From Chlorokybus atmophyticus (taxonomy: Eukaryota > Plantae > Mesostigma and Chlorokybus algae): DNA of 64,000 nt. How positions within the stretch are numbered: position 1 is the first letter of the stretch; each line of letters begins with the position of its first letter. The stretch lies in NCBI GenBank assembly GCA_009103225.1, contig RHPI01002438.1:490750-554749 (forward strand), in the 5' to 3' direction. Both the position numbers and the translations under genes were made by a program. Positions 29,046 to 43,067 of this stretch are shown one piece after another. Below the pieces are notes generated by a model that saw only the letters and a list, made by a program, of their open reading frames with translations, had not been told where the DNA came from and did no database searches.

Positions 29046-31171
29046 ATCAGGGCTCATCCGTCCAGGGGGGCTGCCATAGCAAACCCCTGCATACATGGGC
29101 CGCAGAACACCAAGCAGTTTCAGCAAGCACTGACACTGGTGCACGTCTGAAGGCTGTCTTTCTGCCTCGGATGTCCAACTGTGTATGAAGTGTAGATATT
29201 GCAGGCATGCACAAGGTAGCCCAGCGTGCTCATCCGGTTTCTGAACTGCAGGGGATGCGGTGCATGTGTTGAGCAGCAGCTATGGTAATGACTTGCGGGG
29301 TCTTTTGACCACTGCAGTGTCTGTTGCCTATCTGGGTGATTGCGTGTTATGTAGCCGTAACGTATGGTGCTTACTGGTCTCTCACCAGACTGCCTGTGCT
29401 TAGGGTGGAAGCACCTCTCGTTGTGGCGGCCACCACAACCTCTTGGTCAGGTGTCCAGAGTTTGTCTCTCAGTGATCAATCACAACTGAACCTGGTCTGC
29501 ATGCCTTGAGGGTACAAGCATGTAGTGTCTGTACTTGCGGGGTGTAAAGATGGAGTGCTGATAAGCCCGCGTGCATGGGGTCATAAGCATGAGACATGCA
29601 TGTATGTTCCATTCTCATGTGTTGTTGTGACGTATGAGCATTCTACTGTTAGAGCGCTTGTATGTGAATTTCTGGACGAGGTTGGTGTGTGTGTAGAACC
29701 TATTCTCTGAACACGCAGCAGATTAGGAGTTGACGTGCACAGGAAAGTACTTTGCAATCAACTGTGCTGTCTGCATAGGGTAAATAGAGGCATGAGCTGC
29801 GTGTGGCTTGCACGGTAAATGTCAGCAGGTGCACGCTCTTGTTCCTGAATTTCTTTCTTGTCCACCTCTTGTCCCAACATGCACATAACAAGATTGACGT
29901 GTAAACTTTGCAGTTCAATTTATTGTGTAGTGTTTATATGTCCGCCAAAAATGAGCAATTGCATTTGCATTGTTAGAGTTTGTCTGAGGTCTTACCTGCA
30001 ACAGTGCGTGCACAGTATCCATTCGATGGTCACCTGTCTGACAATGTCAACTCATTGGGACTAATTTGTTGAAGTTGGTCACGTAACAGCTGCTAGCACA
30101 TCACATCAGTTTTGCAATGTGATTGCCATTTGCGTACGGTGCACAGTTGTCAATAACGTCATGCGCAAGGCGAGTCACGCATGCGGCGCGCACATGCCGT
30201 GTACACGCGCCGTCCGTTGTGCGACCGTTCACGTTACGCCAATACTCGTCAGTGACGCCAGCCGTGGCAGGCGAGTCACCTGAGGCGACGCAATCAATCG
30301 TCATCAAGTTACGGTGTTTCATTCTTTTAGTTCACTGCGAGGTAGGTTGTTGGGTACTGTTCCGAACAAGGAGATTGACTCAAGTTGAATCACTGACTAG
30401 ACTTGCACATCACTCAACGTTGGCATTTGCCACGTGCATGCGGTCAGCGGCGGCGGCGGAGCTGTCTTTGTGGGTGTTGCCGGCGTTGCAGGTGTGCTTG
30501 TCTGGCTGCGGCCGCCTGTCGACCAGGCTTCTTTGGAGTGTTGGGCGCTAGCGGGCAGCTGAGAAGCGTACGTTGACGCTGGGGCGGCATCAATTGGGGT
30601 AAGTGCTTAAGTGTGCGTTTTGCTTGCATGAAGCTGTCCTGGCGTTTCTCGGCTGCTGGGCTTTCTTCTAACATCACAAATGCAGTAGCTTCGGTAGCAT
30701 GTACGAAACGCACTGCTGCACGCGGTCAACATTCTTTAGCGATTATCAGATGGTAGATTCAGCGCTGCTGTCTTTCCGCGTCTTGCGTGTTACAGCTGGG
30801 CTGACAACAGCGTACATGTCTTCTGCCTCTCAGTCAGGATGGCACTAGCAGCCAAATCTACAGCTTTGGTTAGCTATTGTAGAAACGGATGCTTGACTTG
30901 AATGGCTACACTGTCCATTCATAGCGTTTGGTTTGTCGCAGTCGGCACAAAAGCAGCTAGCTGCTTAATTTATGAACTATCAGCCCTTACACCTGCATAA
31001 TCACAATCACGGCATGGTTATCTCTTTTGATTTCAGAAGCTTTTGCTTAGCAGTTTGCCGCACTTTGGTAATCAATTTCCATATGCTTCAGCTTTGGGCA
31101 GTGCGCCACCTGGGAGCTTAGTCAACATACGCTGCTGCCATACCCTTCGCTGTCTTGTGAGAACGACAGTC

Positions 31172-33546
31172 ATGACGCGTGCAGCAGTAGCGCCCAGCAT
31201 AAGCTTGGCGCTACTGCTGTGTCTGAGCTTATATGCCAGTCATTGCGCTGCTGCGCTCCCTTTACAAAGGCGCCGGCTTCTCCAGTCAGGTAGTGTTGGT
31301 CTGCCAAATGTGTCAGCAACTGCGGAATCTTCGAGTTGGGTTTGTGTTGACTTCTGTCGTGTAATTGCAAAAACTGTGCAGATTCATCCAGCGTGACAGT
31401 CGCAGCTTTCTATGATCCTCCTTTCATCAACTTGCTGCCCACCGATCTGGCGGGCACCACCGATAATGGCCAGACTGGAATTGTGGCATCAGCTGACCTC
31501 CGCGACCACGCCTTGTAAGTGCACTGTTGTTGCACAAGGATTGTGTGCAACCTTCATGCCATTGTCATGTTCAACTTCATTGCTGACTGTGTGCATAGGG
31601 CGATGCCAAAATTCGGGTATGCTCTGGCCTTGTTTGATCTCGTTGCGCTGCGTTCCAACATGCCCTACCTATTCAACATGACTGGTAAGTCCTCAATAAA
31701 CACTCTCAGCTGCTATAGTAAAGTTCATAAATAGAAACTGTTTGCAGTTGGAGTAGTTGACAATGAGTTGTCTGTGTTTGCCAGGTCAGGGCATGTCGGA
31801 TGTCTGTCAGTATGTTGGCGAGACGACAAGTGATCTCGTAAGTAGACGCATACGCAATGCAGCGGCGGCGGTTTTCTGTATTGTGTTTATGCTTATGTGC
31901 TCATTGTGCAGCGAGTGGCGCTGGTGCCACTTCCGCGGCTGGCAGATGTTGATTATGTAAACCCCTGCGATCACGACCTTGATCTGAAGGTAGTGCACCT
32001 GCGTTCTTAAGTGAGCTTCATCATGATGTCTATGCACGCACTTGGATGTGAACGCAGATTTGCGAGCATGCTTGCACTGTGCGCTCATTGGGGTTGCTAT
32101 CTAACACCTCTCAAGTGGTAATTCTGCAGAGAATCCCTATGTACGAGTCTGGAATGGTGATGATGGTGCGGTTGGCGTCGTTTGAGGAGACTCAGGTATG
32201 CGCATGTTTATATGTTGGTGGCTTGTATGCAACTTGTAGAGCTGCTGTCATAGGTTGAACGTACCAAAAAGCACACAACAAAATGTTGCGCTTGTTTGCT
32301 GCAGACGTCTCCAGGCGCAGCCTTCTTGCATGCGCTGAAGCAGCCGAGCTCCATCAACGCTATGTGCGTGTTCGTGATCGGTATCATCCTATCGGGCCAC
32401 GTGATGTGGATGCTGGAGCGCAACAGCAACAGCGAGACCTTCCCTAAGCCATACCTTGAGGGCCTGGATGACTCGTGCTGGTGGTCGGCACAGACGGTTA
32501 CCACGGTGGGTTATGGAGACAAGGTCCCCATCACCCTTCTCGGCCGCGTGTTTGCGTTCGTGTGGGCCGTGGCGGGCCTCTTCATCATCGTGTTCTTCAC
32601 GGGAACCATCACGTCGGAGATGACGCTCAGTCGCAAGGGTGCCGAGCTGCAGGGGCTGGCGGACATCACGTCGGGTACCAACGTGGGCGTGATGTCCAAC
32701 TGGATGGACGCCACGTCCGCCGTCATTGGCGGCATCGGCGCCAACCTCATCGCATGCGGCAGCGGCAACGACATTACGTCTTGCGCGGACATGCTCAAGA
32801 AGAAGCAGGTTCAGGTGGTCATCGGGGACTACCCAACGGTTGTGAACTTCGTGTCCAACACTGTCGGCAATAACGGCGAGTATGACATCATTGGAGACGT
32901 GTTCAACGAGGGCAATGTGTACGACTACAACATCGTAGTTAACGTCAATGCGCCAGGCGGTGCCGATCTTTACGATAAACTGCTCTCCACGCTTGAATCT
33001 GTTGAAGGAGGCGGCAGCTATGATCGCATCACCTCGCATTATTTTGGGGATGCTCGTCGCAAGGCCCTTGCTGCGCAGCGCACGTCCACAGTCCTCAGCC
33101 TCAGCTCCCGCGAGAACTCGTACAACTGGTGGCTGATTGTCATCACCCTGTCCGTGTTCTTGTTCTTCATCCTGCTCAACATCTACACGTGGGCACGCGA
33201 AGCTCAGCGAACAGGCGAAATCCATCTGCCCAGGTGAGAGACACATATGTTCCTTACATCTGTGACATTGATCAGCTTATGGCGCGTCAATGTATGTCGT
33301 GATGCACACGGCACAAGTGTTGTCCGTTAGATTTCGCAGACCAACAGGGTATTGTGTTGCAGACTTGGGCGGTGGATTCTGCGGCGTCTAGACACCTTCC
33401 ATGGACGCAAGTGGGTGTTGGAACCCGTGCCCGAGAACATCCCGTTAGAGAGCGCTCGCAGCCGGTTGCGGGGGCCTTCCGATCCGGATTCGTGCGCTCC
33501 CAATGGGCAGATTGTCAACTCTGCTCCCAGCCATACCTTATTGTAG
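31172..33546 (+). CDS. GluR0-like ionotropic-glutamate-receptor-family channel with K+-channel selectivity filter, signal peptide, S1/S2 lobes and an extra C-terminal TM helix
   Basis: Signal-peptide-like start (MTRAAVAPSISLALLLCLSLYASHCAA). S1-like exons VTVAAFYDPPFI, KFGYALALFDLVALRSNMPY and IPMYESGMVMMV. Large exon: M1 ..IILSGHVMWMLERNSNSETFPKPYLEGLDDSCWWSAQTVTTVGYGDKVPITLLGRVFAFVWAVAGLFIIVFFTGTITSEMT, then S2, then hydrophobic YNWWLIVITLSVFLFFILLNIY. Last exon 33362-33546. Confidence 0.85.
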
Positions 33547-34431
33547 GTTAGTTGCCTTGGAGAGTGAGAGACATTCCTTCACTTGTAGTGTATTAACCCA
33601 ACTAGTGGTCCCTTGCTGCTTGTTAGTTGGTGGTTGTGCCGGCACTCACGCAGTCAAAGTGCCTTGTTTTTTTTGTATGCAAGTGCGGTTGATTGCTGTG
33701 TTGTAGGCATGAGTCTTGTGTACACTTGATTATGCTAATGAATCGGTGTGCTTGGGGATATATCACATCATGAGTCTTGCTCGCAGATTTGTACATCCAA
33801 CTGAAAATGTGGCTGAGTTTGCAATCTCATGCAATCTCGTGTAGAGTGCACGGTGATACATCAACAGGAAAGTGATACGTCCGATAGGGCAGAAGAAGAA
33901 AGATAGGGCGGATGCGCTGCTTCCTCATACAGCTGTCACAACTCTCAGCGCCTTGGTGTTGACCGTCTGTGTATACCTTTTGCTGTTTATATCTTGTGCT
34001 GTAAGTAGTAGTGGAGTTTATTAAGTCAGTGGTTGGCCAAAGCATTTCCTGTCTCATGCTGGGTCGACAAGTCTACAAGGCAACTCAAAAACGGTGTGTA
34101 CTTGCAGTTGCGTTGCTCTTAGGGTTCATTGTTACTAGTGAGGCATTCCCCTAAGGCCTTTTCCTTCCAACGCTTGCTTGGGTACAGCAAGCACCTCCGC
34201 TGTCTGATTATTGTATGCATGCATAAGTCACACCTTGTCATTGTTGGTGGCATACACATTGCTGCGTCATGCATTCTCAGTTTGTGCATGCTGCGACTTT
34301 GCATCCCAGTGCATGACCCTGTGCATAACAGAGAAACGAGATCAACGACAACACGAATCCTCAGGGCAACATGAGACAGCGCACACATGTGCGTGCGTGC
34401 ATGCGCGTGTATGTTCAGACAACATTGTGTG

Positions 34432-36845
34432 CTACGGTCGGCGAACCCAAGTACAACTATCTAGTAGTGCCGCAGCTGTCGCGTTCAGTGCTCTGCATCG
34501 GGAGACCACTTCTGCGGTCACAAGATGATACGAACATCAGAGTACGTACACAAGCACACATCCGTTGCACACACTTGCATCCTCGCGACTCACACCTTGA
34601 AACCTTGCCGTTGCTCCTGGTAGAAACTGGCTGGCTGCTGGCAGTTGTTTCTCGTCCCAACTGTAGCCTGTATGTCAATTACGCACATATAAGTGAAGAC
34701 TATACTGTTTTGTCAGTCAACCAAACAGGACATATACTTGGAGACATGCACACACTCATGCAGACACACACACACATGCACAAACATGCATGCACACCCG
34801 CGTGAACGCGCACACGCAGACACGCGTAAGCGTGCACATACATGCACGCACCCGTACTCACTTTCACATGCACCCGCGCACGCACATGCCCAAGCCCACA
34901 TACCTTCAAGCCACTTCGCAGGCATTGCAGCGTACACCGCAGCCCCCACCCCACCTGCACATCCAACCCCAATGACTATCACTCACCATCACTCTCCCCC
35001 CTCCCACCCACCCCCCGCTCCCCCCACCCCCACCCCAACTCACCTCCTCCTCCTCCTTGCACCCCGAAGCACCCCCCGTTGCGCGACCGGCTCCGCAGGA
35101 GGCTGGATGCGGGGCTGCCGGCCGCGACGAAGTCGGGGAGCTGCAGGGGAGACGGGCTGCTGGAACGAGAGAGGGAGAGGGAGTCGGTGGAGTATAGGAG
35201 GGAAGTGAAGGCTGGGAGATGTGGATAGACACAGTTGTGAGTAGACAAGAAGTAGAGCGTTTCTCAACACGTGCGTGCTGATGTGCATGCGTGCGTGCGT
35301 GCGTGCGTACACCCGTGCACACGCACGCATACTTGAAAAGTGCGGCATAGTCAGCAATGACTGCCAGTGCGCTCGTGGTAAGGGTGTGCTTGCACACGCT
35401 CGTACACCCGCGTGTGCACGCACACGCACGCACAGGCAGATACAGATACATTGAAGACGTATGTGTATCTGTATCTGCCTTGCAAGCGGTGACAACAGTC
35501 AGCTCTTTACCAAGCTCATCACCTGCTCTGTCGCTCATCTGAGGCTGGTCAGCGTCTCGATCAGAAGGTGTGGGTGCAGCAGTCGAAGGTGCATACTGTG
35601 TTGCAGTGGGTTGTGTTGGAACGGTGGGTGCTGCGGGTGCTGCTGAGGTGCTTGAAGTGAAGCGGAGCCTGCGCACACATGAATTGGCGCACAGAAGAGT
35701 AGAAGCATAAGGGCACACGTGTGCGTGCGTGTGTGTCCACACGCATGTATGCCGCTTGGGAATTAAATGTGAGCTTAGGCAATCGTAGACTTGTGCAGTA
35801 GAACTCGGGCTTTTGATTGGTTGTGCACACTGGTGTATGCACTTATCGTTTGTGCAGGTCATGAGTGCGCATATGCTTTCAAGTGCGTGCGCGCATTTGT
35901 CGGTTGGCACGAGTGTTCACATGCGCGTGTGCGTTTTGGTGCTCAGGTGTGTATGTGTGCACCTCTCTCCATCAAGGTTGCGCAAGCCCGGCAGCTTCTC
36001 CACAATATAGGCTCTGTATCCCCGCACATTGCAAACTGCAGCAGAGAATAATAACCACTCACTCTCTTGCAAAACTTGCAAACACAGCACACGCTTGTAC
36101 GAATCAATAAACGCGTTCTCACCTGGGTTCTTCAGCGTGCCGTCAATGTTCTTGAGATACAAACTGCGGAATAGGGGCAGCCCTTGCTGCACGAAGTATC
36201 CATTTAGCAACCCAAAGTTTCATAGCTGATTACAACTCTTGTGTGACCTAACAACAAGTGCGTAACTCTCTACAACTCACAACTCACCAGGCAAAGGATC
36301 TCCTCGAGACTTGTCACTTGGTTGCCCTGTAAAAGGAGGTGCTCAAGGGACGAAAGGGAGCTCAGCCAGCCTGCATTGTGCATACAAACTCAACAGGGAG
36401 GTTAATAGTCTTTGCACAGTGTACGCAATGTCACTCAGTGGCTTACCCAACTTCTGCACGCGGTTGCGCGTAAGCACGAGTTTCCTCAGCTGCGTCAGTC
36501 CCTCGAGCCCCTGTCATGTGAAACCCAAACAGAACAGATGTTATTGGAAACGCAACCTACGGAGCAAGCCAACGTGTTTTATTATGTATAAAGTCTCTCA
36601 CCTCGCACCTTTCAATGGCATTGTCAGATAGGTCAAGCTCGACGAGGTTAATGCACCGCGCGAGACACGCCACCTGAGACAAACCTGCCGTGTAACAAAG
36701 CCACAGTCGTAAAGGTAAATTATAGGTTCATGTTGGAGAGCAGGCTGTGACTTGGGTGCGCATCTTCTGAAGTGGATACGTAGTAACACAATGGTACAAC
36801 AAATCACAAACGTACACAAACACACGCACGCGCACACACAGAGAG

Positions 36846-36919
<74 letters not shown>

Positions 36920-36928
36920 NNNNNNNNN

Positions 36929-36986
<58 letters not shown>

Positions 36987-37291
36987 CTCTTGGCCACAGG
37001 CAGCGTCCCGTGATGACTCACCTCTCCCTGTGATTGCCAGCCTCGACACAGATTCAACATGAAAGGTTCCAGCGGCATTCCTTACAGCTTCTTCAGTCAA
37101 AACAGCCTCATCAGACTGTCAAGCAAGAGAAAGCTTGATCAATCCATCACTAGATAGCGTTGATTGGCCACAAAAAGCTAGCGAATCCACACCGTCGGCC
37201 TCACCTTGTGCGCCAACTCCGGCGGCAGCGGCGAGCGCCTGATAGCTCCACCGTCTAGACTCAGCCGTCTTGCCAGACCAACTTCGACCAT
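34432..37291 (-). CDS. Leucine-rich-repeat protein, LRRC61-like
   Basis: Exons: MVEVGLARRL..ELAHK | SDEAVLTEEAVRNAAGTFHVESVSRLAITGR | ARCINLVELDLSDNAIER | GLEGLTQLRKLVLTRNRVQKL | LSSLSSLEHLLLQGNQVTSLEEILCL | LYLKNIDGTLKNP|VCNVRGYRAYIVEKLPGLRNLDGER (LRR cap). The C-terminal ATARFQEVVSRCRALNATAAALL resembles the LRRC61 tail. The 3' exons are tentative. Confidence 0.7.
36841..36985. repeat. (GA)n microsatellite in an LRRC61-like intron, containing an assembly gap
   Basis: Long GA run with 9 N bases at 36920-36928, so the true length is unknown. Confidence 0.98.
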
Positions 37292-38228
37292 GTTGTCCCG
37301 CACACCGCCGTTGCTGCCGCCGCTCCTCGCAACAAGGAGGACAAGGACAAGGAGAAGGAGGTGCAGTCACGTGATGCACAGCTATTGTGCGCCGCACAGT
37401 CTCTGTGCGCAAAGCGCACAAGCCAGAACGAAACCGGTTTTGCAGCCACTACCGTTGCCTCCTACGTGTAACAGGCTGCCGTTCGAATGTTGCGCGGGAA
37501 ACAGAAGAGTTTGCCAGTCCGTGTCGTATCCAGTGTCGTATCAGCGCGTTTGTGTTGCATGCGGCGCCCACGTAGCGCGCGGCAGGCGGCTCTACCTGCC
37601 ACGTTGGCGCACTTCGTACGCAGTTGAGCCCCTTCCGACGCAGATCTTTTATATCGCACGGTCCGCCGTCCGCCACGCTGCAGAGCTGGCACCTGCGACA
37701 CACTGAATCCGTATACCATTTACGTCCCCACTGTACTAAGCTCCATGAAAGGCAGCAATTGGTGTCATTGACCACTGTTGTGCGCTAATTGCTCCATATT
37801 GCATGAACTTGAGATGTGATGTCACGCTTTCTGTAGGTAACCACAGGAGTCGTGCTCATCCTGTCAGCAAGCACGGCTGAAACCCGCGGCTGAAAAAACC
37901 TGAGCGTGCATCCCAACCTTACCGCACGTCACCCGCCGTAACGCACGTTTGAACTGCGCGGGCAGCCGCTGGCTGCAACGTTAACGTTACGGTAGCCACA
38001 GGAAGTTGACTGTGTCATCGGCGAGGAGGGAGTTAGGGTTTCGGGCGGCGGTGTGGGCGGCGGTGTCGGCGGGGTGGTCGCTGGCGTGTGGTGGACGCTT
38101 GTGGAGGTGCTGGAGACGTAGCTGCCTGGTCAGGTTTGGTGGGAGTTGTGTGGCGATTGGCAGCTGGGGCATGGTAGCATGAGACCTGTGCAAGTGAGGG
38201 GGAAGGTGCTGCTAGGCTGGGGAGAGTG

Positions 38229-41200
38229 ATGCTGGCGGTTGCGGGTGTGACGGCGGCGGCGGGAGCTCTGGCGGGGGAAAAGAGGCTCAGGGTGGCTCGG
38301 GATGGGGGAGAGGCCGAGCACCTCGAGGAGGAGGATGCGGAGCAGCAGGCTGGCTCGGAGGATGAGATGATGGGCAGCTGCCCGCGCTTATCAGATCAGG
38401 AGGAGTATGAGGCCATTGATAAGGACCTCGCCTGCCCTATTTGCATGGGCGAGATGCGAGACGCATTCATGACGTCATGCGGCCACAGCTTCTGCTATGG
38501 TTGCATTGTGCAGCATTTGAAATCCCGCTCCAACTGCCCCTGTTGCGCGCAATTTATTTCGCAAGACCATTTGTTCCCAAACTTCTTGCTCAACAAGGTA
38601 TTGCATTTTAACATGTGTGATACACTGGAATAGGATGTTGCAAGCTTATACCCACTAAGTCTATGCCTGTTGTGCATTCAATAAGTGCGGACAAGGTTGC
38701 TTTTCGTGGGTGCCAGCAGCATTGTGCACATCCTTCAACTTTGTATGCTGTATGTCTAACAGTTGTTGAAGAAGACAAAACTATCAAGTGGTGGCTCGAA
38801 GGCGCTGTCCCCGGCGCAACAGCTCCGGCACGCCTTGGCCTCAGTGCGTCCTTTATTACAACTGCTGCTGGCCTACCGTGTGCTTTTGTGGGATGCTTAT
38901 TCTGTGCCTACTCAGGGATCGGATATCTCTTCCGATGAGATTGAGGCGCTGGTTGGTCTGCTGCAGGAGCGAAGAAAAGTCATGGAGGTCAGCAAATGGA
39001 CCCTGAAGTTGTTTGCTTGCTTGCTTGATAGCTTGCTGTGTGCAATGCATGCTGAAAGTGTCCTGAAGTTGCTGTGCTCGTGCTCTTTCTGCTCCGGTGG
39101 CTATATTTGCATGATGTGCATTGTGGACACAGGACGCAGTGGCTTTCTGCATTTGCCAGCATGTTGTGCACAGCTGCACACCTACATTGAGTGCACACGA
39201 ACAGTCTGGTATGCTCGTTGCGCCTGAGCACTTGAGGATGTGTTATCCTGCACACAGTGGTTGTATGCCTTGCTTTCTCTCTTCTCGAGTTACTAACGAT
39301 CAGGCTACACAGGCGCAAGATGCTGAGAGCTCCCTTGATTTGGTGATGGACTTCATGCAACGCTCGCGAGCGCACAAAGCGCAGTTGCTGGCAGAGGTAA
39401 CACTACATGGATGATTACGAGCACGCTACTAACACATCAGCACAGTCTCCTTACACAACCTAATTGTGTCTGCAGCTGCGCGCTGATCTAGACTGCTTAG
39501 AGATTGACCTCAGAGCCATTTCTTGCAATCAAGCATCAACCACTGCGCCTGCCACCTCCGATCAGCAGTCTTTTCCACATTCCAGCAGTCTTGTACAGAG
39601 CAACCTGCTTTTTTCAGTCCCTCCCAGCCCAAAAGCATCACAGCCGGTTTCTGGTGTCAGGTGGCCCGGGTCACAGAGCGCTTCCAAAACAGCTCACAGC
39701 AACTGGGGGGCGGTAAGTCCTGTCCTCCAGTCCAGAAAGCACACACCCATACCAGCAATACCAGCTCCTACAAACCGCTCTATGGACTCGGCTACTGTAG
39801 CAAAGAAGCGGCGAGTATTTTCGCAGTTTGAGGATTTGCAGCAGGCCTACTTGAGGGCCAGACGCAGGCGGCGTGCAGCTGAACCAACTGTAGCGAGTAG
39901 AGGCGTAGATCAGGGATGGCCTGATGTTGGCGGTGCTGAGCCTGGCAGCTTGGTAGGCCCACATACCACAGTACGCATTGATGCAAGTGCCGGTGCACCT
40001 GCTGCAACAGATGCAACTGGACTAGCAGAGTTCCGGCGGACACTTGCAGCAGTCACGCGGTATGGGCGAATGCAGGTCATGGCAGAGTTGAGACACAACG
40101 ACCTCTTTCATTCCAACATTGTGTCGAGTATAGAGTTTGACAAGGATGACGAGCTGTTCGCAACAGCTGGAGTTTCGAAACGGATAAAGGTGTTTGACTT
40201 TGCCTCCCTCGTTGGGGACTGCCAGAGTCAAACCCCCGTCACAGAGATTTCCTGCAGAAGCAAACTCTCATGTCTAAGCTGGAATAAAGCTGAGAAGACG
40301 CACTTAGCAAGCTCTGACTATGAAGGCGTGGTCACACTCTGGGATGTTGCTACCTCACAGGTATGGCGTTCTACTATTATGTGCGCATGCCACCATTCTA
40401 TAGTGAGACAGGATACACATTCAAGATGCACAAAGCTGCTTAGTCCGCTGTACTCTCATAATCCTGGTTGCAAGCACGCTGCGTTACTAGGTTCTGATTA
40501 GACATGCAGTGCTGTGCAGGTTGCTGATGTGCTGTGGTTTCTGTTGCAGAGTGTCATCGAGTTTGAGGAGCATGAAAAGAGGGTGTGGAGTGTCGACTTT
40601 TCGCGCACGGAACCAAATTTGCTGGTGTCTGGCAGTGATGATGGTAAAGTGAAGGTTTGGTCGGTGAAGCAGGAGAACAGCGTCTTGAATATTGACACCA
40701 AGGCAAACATCTGCTGTGTCAAGTACAACCCAGGCTCTTCGCATCACATAGCTGTGGGTTCTGCTGATCATCACATCCACTCATACGACCTTCGCTGCAC
40801 ACGGGAGCCTCTGTATGTGTTTGCTGGTCACCGCAAAGCTGTATCGTATGTGAAGTTCATCAGTAGCACCGAGCTTGCTTCAGCCTCCACGGATAGCACA
40901 CTGAGGTTATGGGATGTGCGGGAAAACTACCTGGTAAGTTTTCAACTTGTACTAGCATGTTGCCAAACATGCTAACTGCTGTTGGCCTGTTTGCTCACAA
41001 GTTGGTTGTCATTACAGGTGCGCACGTTGAAAGGCCACACCAATGAGAAGAACTTTGTTGGGTTGGGTGCGAACAGTGACTACATTGCCTGTGGCAGTGA
41101 GACCAACGAGGTCTTTGTGTACTACAAGGCGATGTCCAAGCCAACGTGCACACATCGGTTCCAGTCCAGTTCTGACTCGGATGCGGAGGTGGAGGATGAC

Positions 41201-41302
41201 TCGTCACAGTTTATTTCTGCGGTTTGCTGGAAAAGCGACAGCCCCATGATGCTCGCTGCAAACAGCCAGGGCATCATCAAAGTGCTGTCTTTAGCACCCT
41301 AG
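38229..41302 (+). CDS. COP1: E3 ubiquitin ligase COP1 (RING, coiled coil, WD40)
   Basis: RING CPICMGEMRDAFMTSCGHSFCYGCIVQHLKSRSNCPCC..LFPNFLLNK. WD40 NIVSSIEFDKDDELFATAGVSKRIKVFDF, EFEEHEKRVWSVDFSRTEPNLLVSGSDDGKVK, GHRKAVSYVKF, LKGHTNEKNFVGL and YIACGSETNEVFVYYK. Confidence 0.96.
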
Positions 41303-43067
41303 TTTAGGCATGTTAGCTCGTAGCTGAGGAAAGCCGGGATGTATCATGTAGTGTCTAGTGTTAGCGTGTTGATTGCTGCGCTTAGGTCAATGATTGAGCT
41401 GAATATATTGCTGCATACTGTTCTCTTGAGTGAATATCTTGAGTGACTACATGACGGTTTGCTGGTTGTGCGGCATTCATTGATTGTCCAAAAATGACAA
41501 CACATGTGGCCTACACTGTTGGTTGCTATGCACTATGTGCATGCCGCCAGTTGTGCCTAAAATTTTCACACACAAGCATGACATCCAGCGAATATCCCTT
41601 GCGCTGCAGGTGGATTCTTGTTGGGTGGTGGAGTGCATTTGCCTTTGGTCAGGGGCCATGTCACTTGACGGGTTCTAACTAGATAAATTTACATTCATAC
41701 ATGTTCACTGCCTGGCAAGGTGCGCACATGCTGCCACCGTACCATACCCCTTATATACAACCAGGGTGTCGGCACACAAGCATTCAAGCTCAGACCATTG
41801 CAACTGATCACCCAGGTCCTCGGTTGCAAACCATACCTTGTGCGCGCAGGTGCTGTTGTCACAACCCCAGCCAGCGCAGTATGCATGTGGCCGTCGCATT
41901 GGTGACATCAAAGCCGAGATTTGATGACTGCATCCTTTTAACACGTGGCAATAGTGTTGGTGAGTACAGAATATGCTGCCAGTAGTGTGCGGGAGCCGCT
42001 GCACGTTATTCGGAGCAAAACAAGTGTTGGAAATGGTTAGGTATGCTGGCAGCACTGACAGCCAACACTTGCATTACAATAATAGAGGGGTTCCATGACC
42101 ACCCCCATGCGACATGTACTTGCCATTGGCAACGGAGACCCACGGTGCATTGGGTGAGGACTTCCACAATACGCACCACCTCTGCGCGAGAAGAGCGGTA
42201 ATTGGCTGCGGGCTGCCACTGCGCCGGTTAAGCAGCTTCATCACGCTGTTTCAATGTCGTGCGCACTTCAGCGTGCACGGGTGCGGGCGCTAATGGAGCG
42301 AGGTGCAGCGGCACTAGTGGCCATGCCGGGATGGCGCCGTTGACCACGGAGGCGGACGTCACTTTGGCAGCAGCGGGCTGAGGTGATACGCGCAGCACGA
42401 CGTAGTGATGTGAGGTTGTGTATGTTTGTGCGTGGTGCTAGGTATTATGACAGCGCTCATAGCCAAACCTTGTACAGTTGCCGTAATAGAGTTGATGATG
42501 AACACTAAAAACACCGTAGTAGCTGCAGCACAACTACTTGGGCACTTTAGTTGAAATATTAGCTTGTGTGTGCACAGGGCACCAGGGTCGATGTGCCGTG
42601 CACGCAATGATAGCGTGACCAGGGTCAGGCTGTGCCCTTTTTTCATAGTGCAGATTACCGTGTGCGTGTGCAGATGTTACCTGGGACCATGCTTAGAAAT
42701 CGGTGATAGAAACCCCTGCAGGTGTCTTGAGACCCGCAAGCAAGGCACATTGGTAGAGGTGCAATGTGCACAACTCATATGCACATGCATCAGGCAGGGC
42801 ATGATGGCATCTGTTTGCAAACCGTGCACACATCTGCGTGTTGGTCCCCTGCGGCATTATCAGATTGTCCAAGACACTTTACCTATTGTTCTGGAGCAGG
42901 CTGCGTACGCCAATGGATGAGGGTAGCTTGGTGCTACTCTGCTACGGTGATAGCCCTTGCGACGGCGGTTGCGGGTCCATCCATATCTGCTCCGCTTTGT
43001 CTCCTGGCCTGGGTTTCACGACCACAAAGACATACTGAGTTTCTGTGCGAGCAGCGCAACAAAGAAG

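Noticed and set aside
32389-33246. 285-aa antisense ORF over the channel exon
   Set aside because: A shadow ORF arising from the GC3-rich codon usage of the sense gene.
36728-37100. ORFs with (LS)n or (RE)n runs
   Set aside because: They are translations of the GA microsatellite.
42118-42133. X-box-like CTTGCCATTGGCAAC near ciliary-type genes
   Set aside because: Imperfect single match; RFX factors are not established in green plants.
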